From Candidatus Omnitrophota bacterium (GTDB lineage Bacteria > Omnitrophota > Gorgyraeia > 2-01-FULL-45-10), in the NCBI GenBank assembly GCA_041650935.1, contig JBAZKH010000001.1, positions 347,337-411,336 of the forward strand: a stretch of 64,000 nt of DNA. Reading direction: 5' to 3'. Numbering within the stretch: position 1 is the first letter of the stretch; the number at the start of each line of letters is the position of its first letter. The notes under the pieces are model-generated. The model made no database searches and was not told the origin of the DNA. It saw only the letters and a program-made list of their open reading frames with translations. This document shows positions 27,287 through 37,314 of the stretch, piece by piece. Position numbers and translations under genes: made by a program.

Positions 27287-28719
27287 GCGCATACGAAACG
27301 GTTATAGGGCTCGAGGTCCACCTGCAGCTCGCGACGAAGACAAAGGCCTTCTGCGGCTGTTCGACCAGGTTCGGCCAGAAACCGAATTCGCAGGTCTGCC
27401 CGGTCTGCCTGGGTTTCCCGGGGAGCCTGCCGTCCCTGAATGAGGAGGCGTTCCGTTTTGCCATCAAGGTGGCGCTTGCGCTTAACTGCCGGATACAATC
27501 ACTGGTGAAGTTTGACAGGAAGAATTATTACTATCCCGACCTGCCGAAGAATTTCCAGATATCGCAGTACGATATGCCGCTTTCGTATGACGGGTTTATC
27601 GATATCGCCGTAGAGGGCGGCGGGAATAAGAGGATCAGGATCAAACGCGTCCATATGGAAGAAGATGCGGGCAAGCTCATGCATCCCGAAGGCGGGGACC
27701 ACAGCCTGGTCGATTACAACCGGTGCGGCATGCCGCTTCTTGAAATAGTCACCGCCCCCGATATCGGCTCCCCCCAGGAAGCTTATGATTACTTGACCAA
27801 ATTAAAATCGATCCTCGGTTATCTCAGGGTTTCCGACTGTGATATGGAGAAAGGTTCGCTGAGATGCGACGCGAATATTTCGTTAAGGCCAAAAGGCGAG
27901 CGGCGCCTTGGGACGAAAGTCGAGCTTAAAAACATGAACTCATTCAAAGGCGTCCGCAGCGGCCTTGAATATGAAGCGCGGCGGCAGGCGTCAGCGATCA
28001 CGGACGGCGAAAAGATAATCCAGGAGACCCGGCTGTGGGATGCGGACAGGGGCAGTACGAGTTCGATGCGTACAAAAGAAGAGGCCGAGGATTACAGGTA
28101 TTTCCCGGAACCGGATCTTGTGCCGTTTGTGATCGAGCGGGACCTGATCGACGAGGTACGCGCGTCTCTGCCGGAGCTCCCGGAGGCCAGGGCGGAGAGG
28201 TTCAGGAAAGCATTCGGACTCTCGGACTACGATGCGGGCGTCTTGACGGGCCAGATAGATCTTGCCGATTATTTCGAAGCGTGCGTAAAGATATACCCGA
28301 ACGCTAAAGTTGCGGCGAACTGGATAATGGGCGATGTTATGGCGGCCATAAACGCGAAGAATGCCGATATACGGGAACTGGCTCTCGCGCCGGCGGCTCT
28401 CGCGGCGCTTCTTAAGATGATCGATTCCGGAGCGATAAGCGGCAAGATGGCCAAAGATATCCTGGCCGAGGCGATAGAGACGGGAGCCGGACCCGAAGAT
28501 ATCGTGAAGGAGAAAGGTCTCGCGCAGATAAGCGATACCGCGGCGATCGAGGCGGTTGTGCGGAATGTTCTGGTTAAAGAGGCTAAAAGCGTCAGCGATT
28601 ATAAGGGCGGCAAGAAAGCCGCGTTCGGCTTCCTGGTGGGCCAGATAATGAGAGAGACGAGAGGCAAAGCAAATCCTGCCCTTGTAAACGAGATACTGAA
28701 GAAGAACCTGGGAGAATAA
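27283..28719 (+). CDS. gatB: Glu-tRNA(Gln) amidotransferase subunit B
   Basis: [20 protein letters not shown] overlap with the gatA stop. Confidence 0.9.
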   Translation: MSAYETVIGLEVHLQLATKTKAFCGCSTRFGQKPNSQVCPVCLGFPGSLPSLNEEAFRFAIKVALALNCRIQSLVKFDRKNYYYPDLPKNFQISQYDMPLSYDGFIDIAVEGGGNKRIRIKRVHMEEDAGKLMHPEGGDHSLVDYNRCGMPLLEIVTAPDIGSPQEAYDYLTKLKSILGYLRVSDCDMEKGSLRCDANISLRPKGERRLGTKVELKNMNSFKGVRSGLEYEARRQASAITDGEKIIQETRLWDADRGSTSSMRTKEEAEDYRYFPEPDLVPFVIERDLIDEVRASLPELPEARAERFRKAFGLSDYDAGVLTGQIDLADYFEACVKIYPNAKVAANWIMGDVMAAINAKNADIRELALAPAALAALLKMIDSGAISGKMAKDILAEAIETGAGPEDIVKEKGLAQISDTAAIEAVVRNVLVKEAKSVSDYKGGKKAAFGFLVGQIMRETRGKANPALVNEILKKNLGE

Positions 28720-28724
28720 TTGTT

Positions 28725-30008
28725 ATGACCCGGCCATACAGGATAGCGCTTTTCGCGTTGCTATTTTTAATGATTGCGTCGCTTGCGATAGGCGGTTACG
28801 ACAAAGAGCGCAGGGATAAGGTAAAATCTCCGGGCGACGCGCTTTACGGCCAGCTTGAATTATTAGGAGACGCGATAAGTATCGTGAGGACCGACTATGT
28901 CGATGAAGTCGATTCCAGGAAGCTGATATACGGTGCGATGAGGGGTATGCTCGCAGGACTCGATGATTACAGCCAATTTATGGACCCGCAGGAATTTGAA
29001 GAGATCGAATTCGAGACTAAAGGCGAATTCGGCGGCGTCGGTACCGAGATATCGCTTAAAGACGGTATCCTTATGGTGGTAACCCCCCTTGTAGGGACCC
29101 CGGCTGAAGCGGCGGGGATAAAGCCGGGGGATAAGATAGTGAAGATAGACGGCAAGCTTACCAGGGACATAACGCTCAATAACGCGGTTGGCCAGATGCG
29201 CGGTAAGCCGGGCACGGTCGTCCATCTTACGATATGGCGCGAAAAGGGCGAGAAGATCCTCGAGATCCCGATAAAGAGGGCAATTATAAAGATAAAGAGC
29301 ATCAAGGACGCGGGCATTATCGAAGATAAAATAGGATATATAAGGCTCGTGCAATTCCAGGAGAGCACCGCGCGCGAACTCGACGCGGCGCTTAAAAAGC
29401 TCGAGTCTAAAGGTATGGATTCGCTCATCCTCGACCTGAGGTATAACCCGGGCGGCCTGCTCGACGGGGCGCTTGATGTGGCGGAGAGGTTCCTCTCCGC
29501 AGATAAAATTATAGTTTCGATGAAGTCGCGGGTTAAAGATCAGGATGCGGAGTATAAATCGAGCGGCCGTTTCACGCATCCGGACTATCCGCTGATAGTC
29601 ATGGTAAATGAAGGGTCGGCAAGCGCTTCCGAGATAGTCTCCGGCGCCGTGCAGGACAATAAGCGCGGCCTTGTGCTTGGGACGAAGACTTTCGGTAAGG
29701 CCTGTGTGCAGACCGTCATCCCATTAAAGGACTCTTCGGCATTGAGACTTACGACCGCAGTCTATCTCACGCCTTCCGGAAAGCTCATAAAGGATGAGGG
29801 GATAGCGCCGGATATCGTCATCCCGTTAGCGGAGCCGGAGTGCGATCAGTCTGAAAAAGAGATTTCCGCGGATATCTTCGAAAAGGTGTCCGGCGGCAAG
29901 GGCGAAAAAGAAGAGACTCCTTTCGAGGAGCAGTTGAAGCGGGACAACCAGCTTGCGGCCGCGCTCAACCTGATGAAAGCTATAAAAGTATATAGCCGGG
30001 GTAAATAA
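28725..30008 (+). CDS. ctpA: Carboxyl-terminal processing protease (S41, PDZ-containing)
   Basis: PDZ (GIKPGDKIVKIDG). S41 catalytic region (NEGSASASEI...). Confidence 0.85.
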   Translation: MTRPYRIALFALLFLMIASLAIGGYDKERRDKVKSPGDALYGQLELLGDAISIVRTDYVDEVDSRKLIYGAMRGMLAGLDDYSQFMDPQEFEEIEFETKGEFGGVGTEISLKDGILMVVTPLVGTPAEAAGIKPGDKIVKIDGKLTRDITLNNAVGQMRGKPGTVVHLTIWREKGEKILEIPIKRAIIKIKSIKDAGIIEDKIGYIRLVQFQESTARELDAALKKLESKGMDSLILDLRYNPGGLLDGALDVAERFLSADKIIVSMKSRVKDQDAEYKSSGRFTHPDYPLIVMVNEGSASASEIVSGAVQDNKRGLVLGTKTFGKACVQTVIPLKDSSALRLTTAVYLTPSGKLIKDEGIAPDIVIPLAEPECDQSEKEISADIFEKVSGGKGEKEETPFEEQLKRDNQLAAALNLMKAIKVYSRGK

Positions 30009-30896
30009 GTGAATAGCAGGAAAATTTTAATAGCGCTTTCCATCCTGGTGCTGGCCCTGGCGGCTTTTTACCTGGGCCAGAGGACTACCGCGCCCGGGAA
30101 ACGGCCGGCCGGCAAAAAAGCGGTTGCCGGCGCGCGGGCGGCGCGGCGGAAGTCTGCGGCGTTACCGGCGCCTGCCGAGCCCCGCCGGCACGCCAGGGCA
30201 GCGATCGTGATCGACGATTTCGGCTATAACACAAATAACCTTAAAGCTCTCTACGACATCAAAGAGCCGCTGACATTTTCCATACTGCCGAACCTGCCTC
30301 ACTCGCGCGATGTTGCCCGGAGCGCCAAAGAACATGGGTACGAAGCGATACTCCACCTGCCGATGGAGTCGGTCCGCAACGACGTCAGGGAGGAGCCCGG
30401 CACTATAAAGCCGGGCGAGGACAGGAAACAGGTTATTGCCCAGCTTGTGAAAGATATCGAATCCGTGCCCGGGTTGACGGGCGTCTCCAACCATATGGGC
30501 TCGAAGGCGACGGAAGACAAGACGCTTATGACGGACATATTCTCTTACCTGAAGAAACGGAACCTCTACTTTTTCGACAGCCTTACATCCGAGAAATCGA
30601 TTTGCCGGGAAGCGGCCGCCGATGTCGGATTGCGTTTTGCCAGAAGGGACGTATTCCTGGACAACTCGAGCGGTGTGGAGCAGATCGAAAAGGAGCTTGC
30701 GGATTTCGAAAAACTTGCATTGAAGCGCGGTTATGCCATTGCCATATGCCACGACAGGAAGAATACTGTGCTTGCGCTGGCCAAGAGCATACCGCGCATG
30801 GCAAAAGACGGCATAGAGTTCGTGTATCTTTCGGAGATGACTAATCCCCCTGCCGCGTTGGGGATTGGCCCCGAGCGTAACCGGGGGGGCCAATAA
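30009..30896 (+). CDS. Divergent polysaccharide deacetylase family protein (YibQ-like)
   Basis: AIVIDDFGYN motif typical of YibQ/DUF610. N-terminal TM plus basic linker. Confidence 0.65.
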   Translation: MNSRKILIALSILVLALAAFYLGQRTTAPGKRPAGKKAVAGARAARRKSAALPAPAEPRRHARAAIVIDDFGYNTNNLKALYDIKEPLTFSILPNLPHSRDVARSAKEHGYEAILHLPMESVRNDVREEPGTIKPGEDRKQVIAQLVKDIESVPGLTGVSNHMGSKATEDKTLMTDIFSYLKKRNLYFFDSLTSEKSICREAAADVGLRFARRDVFLDNSSGVEQIEKELADFEKLALKRGYAIAICHDRKNTVLALAKSIPRMAKDGIEFVYLSEMTNPPAALGIGPERNRGGQ

Positions 30897-30897
30897 T

Positions 30898-31947
30898 ATG
30901 CTGACCCTCGGCATAGAGACTTCATGCGACGAAACGAGCGCGTCGCTCACGGACGCTCGCAAAGTCCTTGCCAACATAGTCTCTTCCAGCGTACATCTGC
31001 ACAAAAAGTACGGAGGCGTTGTTCCTGAAATAGCTTCACGGTTCCACGTCGAATATATAATCGAGGTCCTGGAGAAGGCGCTTGACGACGCGGACAGGAC
31101 TTTGGATGACGTAAAGCTTGTGGCTGTCACCAGCGGCCCCGGGCTGGTCGGCGCGCTCCTCACGGGCATTTCCACGGCAAAGTCGCTGAGTTATAGCCTG
31201 GGCCTGCCGATCATCGGGGTAAACCACATCCTTGCGCATCTCTACAGTTCATTTCTCGGTAAAGATAGAGAACATATGCCGGCCTTTCCTTTTGTGGGCC
31301 TGGTCGTTTCGGGCGGACATACGGCGCTATTCTATTGTGAGGCTATAGGGCGTGAGCGCATGCTTGGCTCGACCCAGGACGATGCTGTCGGCGAAGCTTA
31401 CGATAAGGTGGCCAAGATACTCGGGTTGGGATATCCGGGCGGGCCGGTTATCGACCGCCTTGCCAGGAGATCATCCGCCGGCGCGCGGATAAAATTTCCC
31501 AGAAGCTACCTGGGCAAAGAGTCGCTCGACTTCAGTTTTAGCGGCATAAAGACGGCGGTCCTCTACTACGTCAATAATTTACGAAATACGAAGCTCAGCC
31601 GGCCGGTTACAAAAGATATCTGCTATGCGTTCCAGGAAGCTGCTCTCGACGCGCTTGTCGAGAAGACGCGCAGGGCCTGCGAGGCGACCGGCGCGCGGCG
31701 CGTGGTGATAGGCGGCGGCGTATCCGCCAACTCGAGGCTCCGGGAGAAGATGGAGGAGCTTGCCGCATTTTCTTCTATGAAAATATATTTTCCCGAGTTA
31801 AAATATTGTATGGATAACGCGGCTATGATCGGCTTTCTCGGCGAAACGCTTTATAGAAAGGGTGCTCGCTCGGACCTTTATCTTTCGGCTGAACCTAACC
31901 TGGAGTACGGGAATAGGCAGGCGCTGACAAAACTGGGAGATTTATGA
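30898..31947 (+). CDS. tsaD: tRNA N6-adenosine threonylcarbamoyltransferase TsaD
   Basis: MLTLGIETSCDETS Kae1/TsaD N-terminus. Confidence 0.9.
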   Translation: MLTLGIETSCDETSASLTDARKVLANIVSSSVHLHKKYGGVVPEIASRFHVEYIIEVLEKALDDADRTLDDVKLVAVTSGPGLVGALLTGISTAKSLSYSLGLPIIGVNHILAHLYSSFLGKDREHMPAFPFVGLVVSGGHTALFYCEAIGRERMLGSTQDDAVGEAYDKVAKILGLGYPGGPVIDRLARRSSAGARIKFPRSYLGKESLDFSFSGIKTAVLYYVNNLRNTKLSRPVTKDICYAFQEAALDALVEKTRRACEATGARRVVIGGGVSANSRLREKMEELAAFSSMKIYFPELKYCMDNAAMIGFLGETLYRKGARSDLYLSAEPNLEYGNRQALTKLGDL

Positions 31948-32615
31948 TAAATGACTGGACGATATTGTTAAGGCTTGTCCTTGCGGCGATATTCAGCGGT
32001 GTCATCGGTTTCGAACGCGAATTTCACGGCAGGGCCGCCGGCTTCCGGACCCATATTCTTTTATGCATCGGTTCCACGCTCGTGATGCTGACGTCGATGC
32101 ATATCTTCGACATCTACGCTTCCAGGATTGCCGTCGATCCCGCGAGGATAGCGGCGGGCGTAATTACCGGCATAGGCTTCCTGGGCGCGGGCACGATAAT
32201 GCATTGCAAATCGGCGGTACGCGGCCTTACGACCGCGGCGAGCTTGTGGGTCGTTGCCGGTATAGGGCTGGCCGTCGGATCCGGCCTGTATTACGGGGCT
32301 TTTCTTACTACGCTCTTGACAATGATCACACTTATGATATTCTCAAGGATAGAGCATGTGATGATCCGGAAGGACTGGTACAGGACGATAATTATAGATA
32401 CAAAAGACGGCGTCGAACAGCTAAGGGCTATAAGGGAGATATTCGGGGACTACAGGACGAATATAACGGATTTCGAAGTCGAGCGGTCCAAGGATGGGAC
32501 GAATATGCTGCTTAAGGTCGGCCTGAAACTGCACGAGACACGATATGCCGAAAGGATATTAGAGGACCTGGGCCGGCTGGACGGCGTGAAGCGCGTAAAA
32601 TGGGAGACGGAATGA
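31944..32615 (+). CDS. MgtC/SapB family membrane protein
   Basis: ILLRLVLAAIFSGVIGFEREFHGRAAGFRTHILLCIGSTL MgtC signature. Confidence 0.75.
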   Translation: MINDWTILLRLVLAAIFSGVIGFEREFHGRAAGFRTHILLCIGSTLVMLTSMHIFDIYASRIAVDPARIAAGVITGIGFLGAGTIMHCKSAVRGLTTAASLWVVAGIGLAVGSGLYYGAFLTTLLTMITLMIFSRIEHVMIRKDWYRTIIIDTKDGVEQLRAIREIFGDYRTNITDFEVERSKDGTNMLLKVGLKLHETRYAERILEDLGRLDGVKRVKWETE

Positions 32616-32690
32616 GATAGTCCCCCGCTGCGGGACTAAAGAAATAGCGGCCCGGGACGATTTTTGCTTCGCAAAAATCGGAGGTGGATT

Positions 32691-33233
32691 ATGATGGGGA
32701 AAAAGGATAAGAAGCAAGAGGTGGAGAAGGTCCTGGATGTAGATGCCTCGATGCAGGGGTCGCTTTCCTTTAAAGACCCTGTGAATTTGCGGATTAACGG
32801 AAGGTTCGAAGGAGTATTGAACGCGAAGGGGAACCTGATGATAGGCGAAAACGCCTCGGTAAGCGCGGATATCACGGGAGAATCCATCGTAGTGGCCGGC
32901 AAGGTGAACGGCAATATAACCGCCCAGAAGGAGCTGAAGCTCATAGCTCCCGCGTGCGTTGTCGGCGACATAAACACGCCGCTTTTGAGTGTCGCGGAAG
33001 GCGCTATTCTCGAGGGACAATGCAGGATGCTTGCGCATTCCAAGCCCGAAGAGTTCCGCAGGGAGAATGTCATGATGACGCCGGAAGAGCTTGCGAAATA
33101 TCTCGAGGTCGAAGTCGGAGTGATCTCCGACTGGGTAAATTCCGGCAGGATCCCGGGGATGAAGGAAGGGGATACGTGGCGGTTCGACCGCAGCAGGATC
33201 GACGCATGGGTCGCGGAGGGGAAGATAAAGTAG
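32691..33233 (+). CDS. Bactofilin-domain protein fused to a C-terminal excisionase-type helix-turn-helix (HTH_17) domain
   Basis: Bactofilin beta-helix repeats (NGRFEGVLNAKGNLMIGENASVSADITGESIVVAGKVNGNITA...). C-terminus MMTPEELAKYLEVEVGVISDWVNSGRIPGMKEGDTWRF. GGAGGTG RBS before the ATG at 32691. Confidence 0.6.
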   Translation: MMGKKDKKQEVEKVLDVDASMQGSLSFKDPVNLRINGRFEGVLNAKGNLMIGENASVSADITGESIVVAGKVNGNITAQKELKLIAPACVVGDINTPLLSVAEGAILEGQCRMLAHSKPEEFRRENVMMTPEELAKYLEVEVGVISDWVNSGRIPGMKEGDTWRFDRSRIDAWVAEGKIK

Positions 33234-33244
33234 GGTGAGATAGG

Positions 33245-33295
33245 GTCGCGTCGTTCGTATATCGACGAAATACGAAATACTAACGACGAACGACG
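33245..33295. promoter_or_regulatory. Inverted repeat (CGTCGTTCGT...ACGAACGACG) with ACGAAATAC direct repeats upstream of the HTH gene; candidate operator
   Basis: 10-bp arms at 33249-33258 and 33286-33295 with a 27-nt AT-rich loop. Confidence 0.3.
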
Positions 33296-33316
33296 AAAGA
33301 AGGGTCAGACTGAGAA

Positions 33317-33715
33317 ATGCCTGAGAAATTACTGAGTATCAAAGAAGTCGCGGATTACCTCAAGATAACCGAGGAAGAAGTGAAGCGCCTTGTCGACGTG
33401 GGCGAAATACCCGCCTATAAGATAGGCGACACATTCCTGCGGTTTCGGAGGGAACAGATAGACGCGATAAAGGCGGACATCTCCGATATAGAGACCGCGG
33501 CGGCGCAGGTCCGCCCGGCCCCGCCAGTCAAAGAGAGCCCGCCTCTCCACCCATACACAGACCTTGAGCGGGACATAAAACGGAAAGAACCGTCGACGCG
33601 CCGGTATGACTATACCGTCGCGGAGAGGGTGAAAGATTTCTTCTATTTCAACGATTTTTACATCATATCATTTATCCTGATAGCGTTTTTAATGTACCTC
33701 ATATTCAAGACCTAG
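33317..33715 (+). CDS. Excisionase-family HTH (HTH_17) DNA-binding protein with a C-terminal transmembrane helix
   Basis: LSIKEVADYLKITEEEVKRLVDVGEIPAYKIGDTFLRF. C-terminal FYFNDFYIISFILIAFLMYLIF. Confidence 0.55.
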   Translation: MPEKLLSIKEVADYLKITEEEVKRLVDVGEIPAYKIGDTFLRFRREQIDAIKADISDIETAAAQVRPAPPVKESPPLHPYTDLERDIKRKEPSTRRYDYTVAERVKDFFYFNDFYIISFILIAFLMYLIFKT

Positions 33716-33722
33716 AGTCGAA

Positions 33723-34463
33723 ATGACAGATAAAATTACCAGGATGCTGGAGGATTTTAGAGCAAGCCGCGTCTCGCCCGAAAAGATCCGCCGGACATTG
33801 AAGGACCTGCCGTACCAGGATATCGGTTTCGCCAATATCGATAATCACAGGGCTTTAAGGAGGGGTTTCCCCGAAGTCGTTTTCGGTAAGGGGAAGACCG
33901 TCGAACAGGTCGTAAAGATCTCGCAAAAAATTATAAGCCACGACGGCATCCTGCTCGTCACCCACGCCGACAAAAAAGCTTACCTGAAACTGAAAAAGCG
34001 TTATCCCCGCGTCAAATTCGATGAACGGGCAAAGATCATAAGCTACAGAAGAAGCAAGCCTCTCCTCAAAGCGGGTACGGTACTTATAATAACCGCGGGG
34101 ACTGCCGATCTGCCGGTTGCCGCGGAGGCGAAAGCGACGCTGGAGATCATGGGTAACCCCGTAGGGTTATTATGCGACGTCGGCGTCGCGGGCCTGCACA
34201 GGATCCTGGACAAGCGCGAACGGCTGGAGGCGGCGGGTGTCATCATAGTCATAGCGGGAATGGAAGGCGCGCTCGCGAGCGTCATAAGCGGGCTCGTCTC
34301 GAAACCCGTAATCGCCGTCCCGACGAGCGTCGGTTACGGCGCGTCGTTCGGCGGTATCGCGCCGCTCTTGACGATGATGAATAGTTGTTCGCCGGGGATC
34401 GCCGTCGTCAATATCGATAACGGCTTCGGCGCGGCGTACTTCGCCAGTCTCATCAACAGATGA
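33723..34463 (+). CDS. larB: Nickel-pincer cofactor biosynthesis protein LarB (PurE-like carboxylase)
   Basis: PurE-like C-terminal domain (VIIVIAGMEGALASVISGLVSKPVIAVPTS). About 246 aa, typical LarB. Confidence 0.75.
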   Translation: MTDKITRMLEDFRASRVSPEKIRRTLKDLPYQDIGFANIDNHRALRRGFPEVVFGKGKTVEQVVKISQKIISHDGILLVTHADKKAYLKLKKRYPRVKFDERAKIISYRRSKPLLKAGTVLIITAGTADLPVAAEAKATLEIMGNPVGLLCDVGVAGLHRILDKRERLEAAGVIIVIAGMEGALASVISGLVSKPVIAVPTSVGYGASFGGIAPLLTMMNSCSPGIAVVNIDNGFGAAYFASLINR

Positions 34464-34467
34464 TATT

Positions 34468-36603
34468 ATGAAAATAGCGTATCTCGACTGTTTCAGCGGC
34501 ATATCGGGGGACATGACCATAGGCGCGTTCCTCGACGCAGGCCTTAGCCTCAAGGTCCTTACGCGAGAGCTCGCAAAGCTTAAGCTGAAAGGATACAAGC
34601 TCAGGACGCGTAAGGTGACCCGCGGTGTTATCGCGGGGACAAAATTCGACTGCATAAGCGCCGGCACGGGGCATGGCCACCATTCGCTTCGAAGCATAAA
34701 CGTTCTTATCGACAGGAGCGCGCTTAAATACAGGGTAAAAGAGACCGCTAAGGAGATATTCCGCGCCATAGCGGCCGCGGAGATGAAGGTCCACGGCAAG
34801 CTCAAGCCGGGAGACGTTATTTTTCATGAGCTTGGCGACATCGATTCTATCGTCGACATAGTCGGCGCGGCCATTGCTATCGACGAACTGGGCATAGACG
34901 CGGTCTATTCTTCCGGCGTGAATATGGGCCGTTCGATCGCCGCTACCAGGCACGGCAATATCCCGGTGCCGTCGCCGGCGAGCCTGGAACTTTTAAAGGG
35001 TTTCCCGGTTTCGATCCTGGAGATAGGGGCGGAACTTGTCACTCCGACGGGCGCAGGCATCCTGAAGGTCCTTTCGAAAGCCGCCGGGGCGGTACCGCAA
35101 ATGGAGATTTCGGCGATAGGTTACGGCGCCGGCTCGAAAGAGATAGGCGAGCGGCCGAACCTTCTGCGCGTCCTGATCGGCGTGGCGGAGAGTCCGTTCA
35201 AAGAAGATAACGTCTATGTGGCCGAGACGAATGTCGACGATATGAATCCCCAGCACGTCGGTTATACGATCGATAAATTACTCGGCGCGGGCGCTCTCGA
35301 CGCGTACGTAACCAATATACAGATGAAGAAATCGCGCCCGGCATTTAAATTGACAGCCATTACGGACCCGGCAAAATTACAGCGGATCGCTCATATAATA
35401 TTTACCGAAACGCCGGCAATAGGCCTGCGTTTTTTCTCAGCCGGCAGGATGAAACTAGACAGGAGCCTTAAAACGGTGCGTACTGCTTACGGTAAAGTGA
35501 GCGTTAAGGTGAGTAAGGGCCCGGGCGGCTTATTGACCGTCTCGCCGGAGCATGATGAATGTGTCCGGGCGGCGGGTAAGCGGAAAGTCCCGCTCCGCAA
35601 GGTCTACGAAGCGGCAAAGTTCGCCGCCAGGTCGGCGCTGATGCTTATAATAGCAGGCGCTTTCCTGTCGTCCTGGTCGCTTGTCTTCGCGGACACGGTA
35701 ATTACAAGCAATGGGGAAGAGATAAAGGGTATCGTCCTGGAGGACTATAAGGACCGCATGATCCTGTCTACGGCAAGCGGCGAGAGGACGATAATGAAGT
35801 CCGATATAAAGGAATTATACTACGACGAGGAAGTGGATAACCTCGTCAAACTCGCCGAGCAGGCAAAGGAGCGTCGCGACTACATAAGGGCGCTTACGTA
35901 TTACGACATGGCTTTTAAGGTAAATCCGAATTCCAAGGCCGCGAAGGACGGGCTCGTCTTCCTGGAGGGTTACCTCTTCAGGAAAGAACAGGCGCAGAAA
36001 GAGGATGACGTTAGGAAACGCGAAGATCTCGAGCGTCTCCAGAGGACCGCGGCGATCGAACCTCCGAAGGTGGAGGAGGTCCCGGAGAAGGCCGCGAGGC
36101 TGAAAAAGGCGATAGGGATAACCTTTGAGATAGCGGGCGGTTTCCCGTGCGTGGCAAACGTCCAGCGGAATTCACCGGCCGAAGATGCCGGCATAAAGGC
36201 AGGCGACAGGCTGGTCGCGATCTGGGCGCGGCTTACCGGCTATATGGAACTGAAAGATCTCCTCGACGCGTTCCTCGACAAGCCGTCGCTGGAGCTTAAA
36301 TGCACCATAGAGAGGACGGTCTATATCCGCCTGCCGCCTTTGAAACTTGTGGCCCCGGGCGCCGGCGAGCTCATCGGCGCATCCCTCGCGATGGAATTCG
36401 ACGGTCTCACCGTCTCGTCGGTCCGCGCGAACGGCGCCGCCGCCGAGGCCGGTTTGAAAAAAGGCGATCTGGTTACCTTTATAAACGGGAAACAGACGCG
36501 TTATATGCCGTTAAATAAAGCGATAAGCCTTATAAGAAGATCGAAGGGCGATACGGTGGAATTTGTATTGAGAAGAGAAGTCCTAATGTGGAGGAGGAGT
36601 TAA
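34468..36603 (+). CDS. larC: LarC-family nickel insertion protein (DUF111) fused in-frame to a hydrophobic segment and tandem PDZ domains
   Basis: MKIAYLDCFSGISGDM LarC N-terminus. After about 390 aa comes MLIIAGAFLSSWSLVFA, then two PDZ-like domains (GIKAGDRLVAI, GLKKGDLVTFINGK). No stop codon between the parts. Confidence 0.65.
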   Translation: MKIAYLDCFSGISGDMTIGAFLDAGLSLKVLTRELAKLKLKGYKLRTRKVTRGVIAGTKFDCISAGTGHGHHSLRSINVLIDRSALKYRVKETAKEIFRAIAAAEMKVHGKLKPGDVIFHELGDIDSIVDIVGAAIAIDELGIDAVYSSGVNMGRSIAATRHGNIPVPSPASLELLKGFPVSILEIGAELVTPTGAGILKVLSKAAGAVPQMEISAIGYGAGSKEIGERPNLLRVLIGVAESPFKEDNVYVAETNVDDMNPQHVGYTIDKLLGAGALDAYVTNIQMKKSRPAFKLTAITDPAKLQRIAHIIFTETPAIGLRFFSAGRMKLDRSLKTVRTAYGKVSVKVSKGPGGLLTVSPEHDECVRAAGKRKVPLRKVYEAAKFAARSALMLIIAGAFLSSWSLVFADTVITSNGEEIKGIVLEDYKDRMILSTASGERTIMKSDIKELYYDEEVDNLVKLAEQAKERRDYIRALTYYDMAFKVNPNSKAAKDGLVFLEGYLFRKEQAQKEDDVRKREDLERLQRTAAIEPPKVEEVPEKAARLKKAIGITFEIAGGFPCVANVQRNSPAEDAGIKAGDRLVAIWARLTGYMELKDLLDAFLDKPSLELKCTIERTVYIRLPPLKLVAPGAGELIGASLAMEFDGLTVSSVRANGAAAEAGLKKGDLVTFINGKQTRYMPLNKAISLIRRSKGDTVEFVLRREVLMWRRS

Positions 36604-36605
36604 AT

Positions 36606-37220
36606 ATGGCAGATAATACCGCCGCAAAACCGCGCTTTAAAAGAAAACAGCTTATAGTAGCAAGAAGGTTCCAGCTTAAGTACGCCGGTATAATCTTAGG
36701 GCTCATGTTCATTACGGCAGGTTTTTGTTCGTACGCGATATATTATACTACCATGATACTTTTCGGCGAGAAGCTCGCAAATGTCTATCCACAGGGCCAG
36801 TTGATATCGATCGTCCGGACGGTAAATTTCAGGATACTTATAAGCATGCTTGTGATATCGCCGCTTATAGGTTTCCTGGGCATCTACCTTTCACATAAGA
36901 TAGCCGGTCCTATATACAGGATCGAAAAGTTCCTCGGGAGCATGGCCTCGGGCGATCTGTCTACGCGCATAACCTTAAGGCGAGGCGACGAAATGGTCTC
37001 GCTGGCCGATTCCATAAACAGGCTCACCGACAGCTTGTCCCAGAGAGTCTCTTCCGAAAGGGCCCACATCGAGCATCTACTCGCACAACTCTACGCTTTG
37101 AGAGAGATGGTCAACTCATCGGCTAAAGACAAGGACAGGATGAATGCCTCTATCGAGGCTCTCGATGGCGAAATCCGGCTCCTCAATAGCGAGTTGGAGA
37201 AGTATAAGATTAAAGGATAA
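36606..37220 (+). CDS. HAMP-domain membrane protein
   Basis: Two TM helices, then HAMP (IAGPIYRIEKFLGSMASGDLSTRI) and a coiled coil. GGAGGAGGAG RBS. Confidence 0.55.
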   Translation: MADNTAAKPRFKRKQLIVARRFQLKYAGIILGLMFITAGFCSYAIYYTTMILFGEKLANVYPQGQLISIVRTVNFRILISMLVISPLIGFLGIYLSHKIAGPIYRIEKFLGSMASGDLSTRITLRRGDEMVSLADSINRLTDSLSQRVSSERAHIEHLLAQLYALREMVNSSAKDKDRMNASIEALDGEIRLLNSELEKYKIKG

Positions 37221-37222
37221 AA

Positions 37223-37287
37223 GGGACGGTTCTATTTAATCTTTATTCGGCTCGATCACCTACTCTGAAGAGCTAGTCCCCCAGCCG
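37223..37287 (+). repeat. Copy 1 of the conserved non-coding leader preceding an orphan Rhs C-terminal cassette
   Basis: gggacggttctatttaatctttattcggctcgatcacctactctgaagagctagtcccccagccg. Near-identical copies at 38957, 39076 and 39253. Stop codons in all frames. Confidence 0.6.
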
Positions 37288-37314
37288 TTCAAATTCAACG
37301 GTAAGTACGGCGTA

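Noticed and set aside
30162-31175. 337-aa minus-strand ORF
   Set aside because: Antisense to the YibQ-like gene and tsaD. Low-complexity Arg-rich translation.
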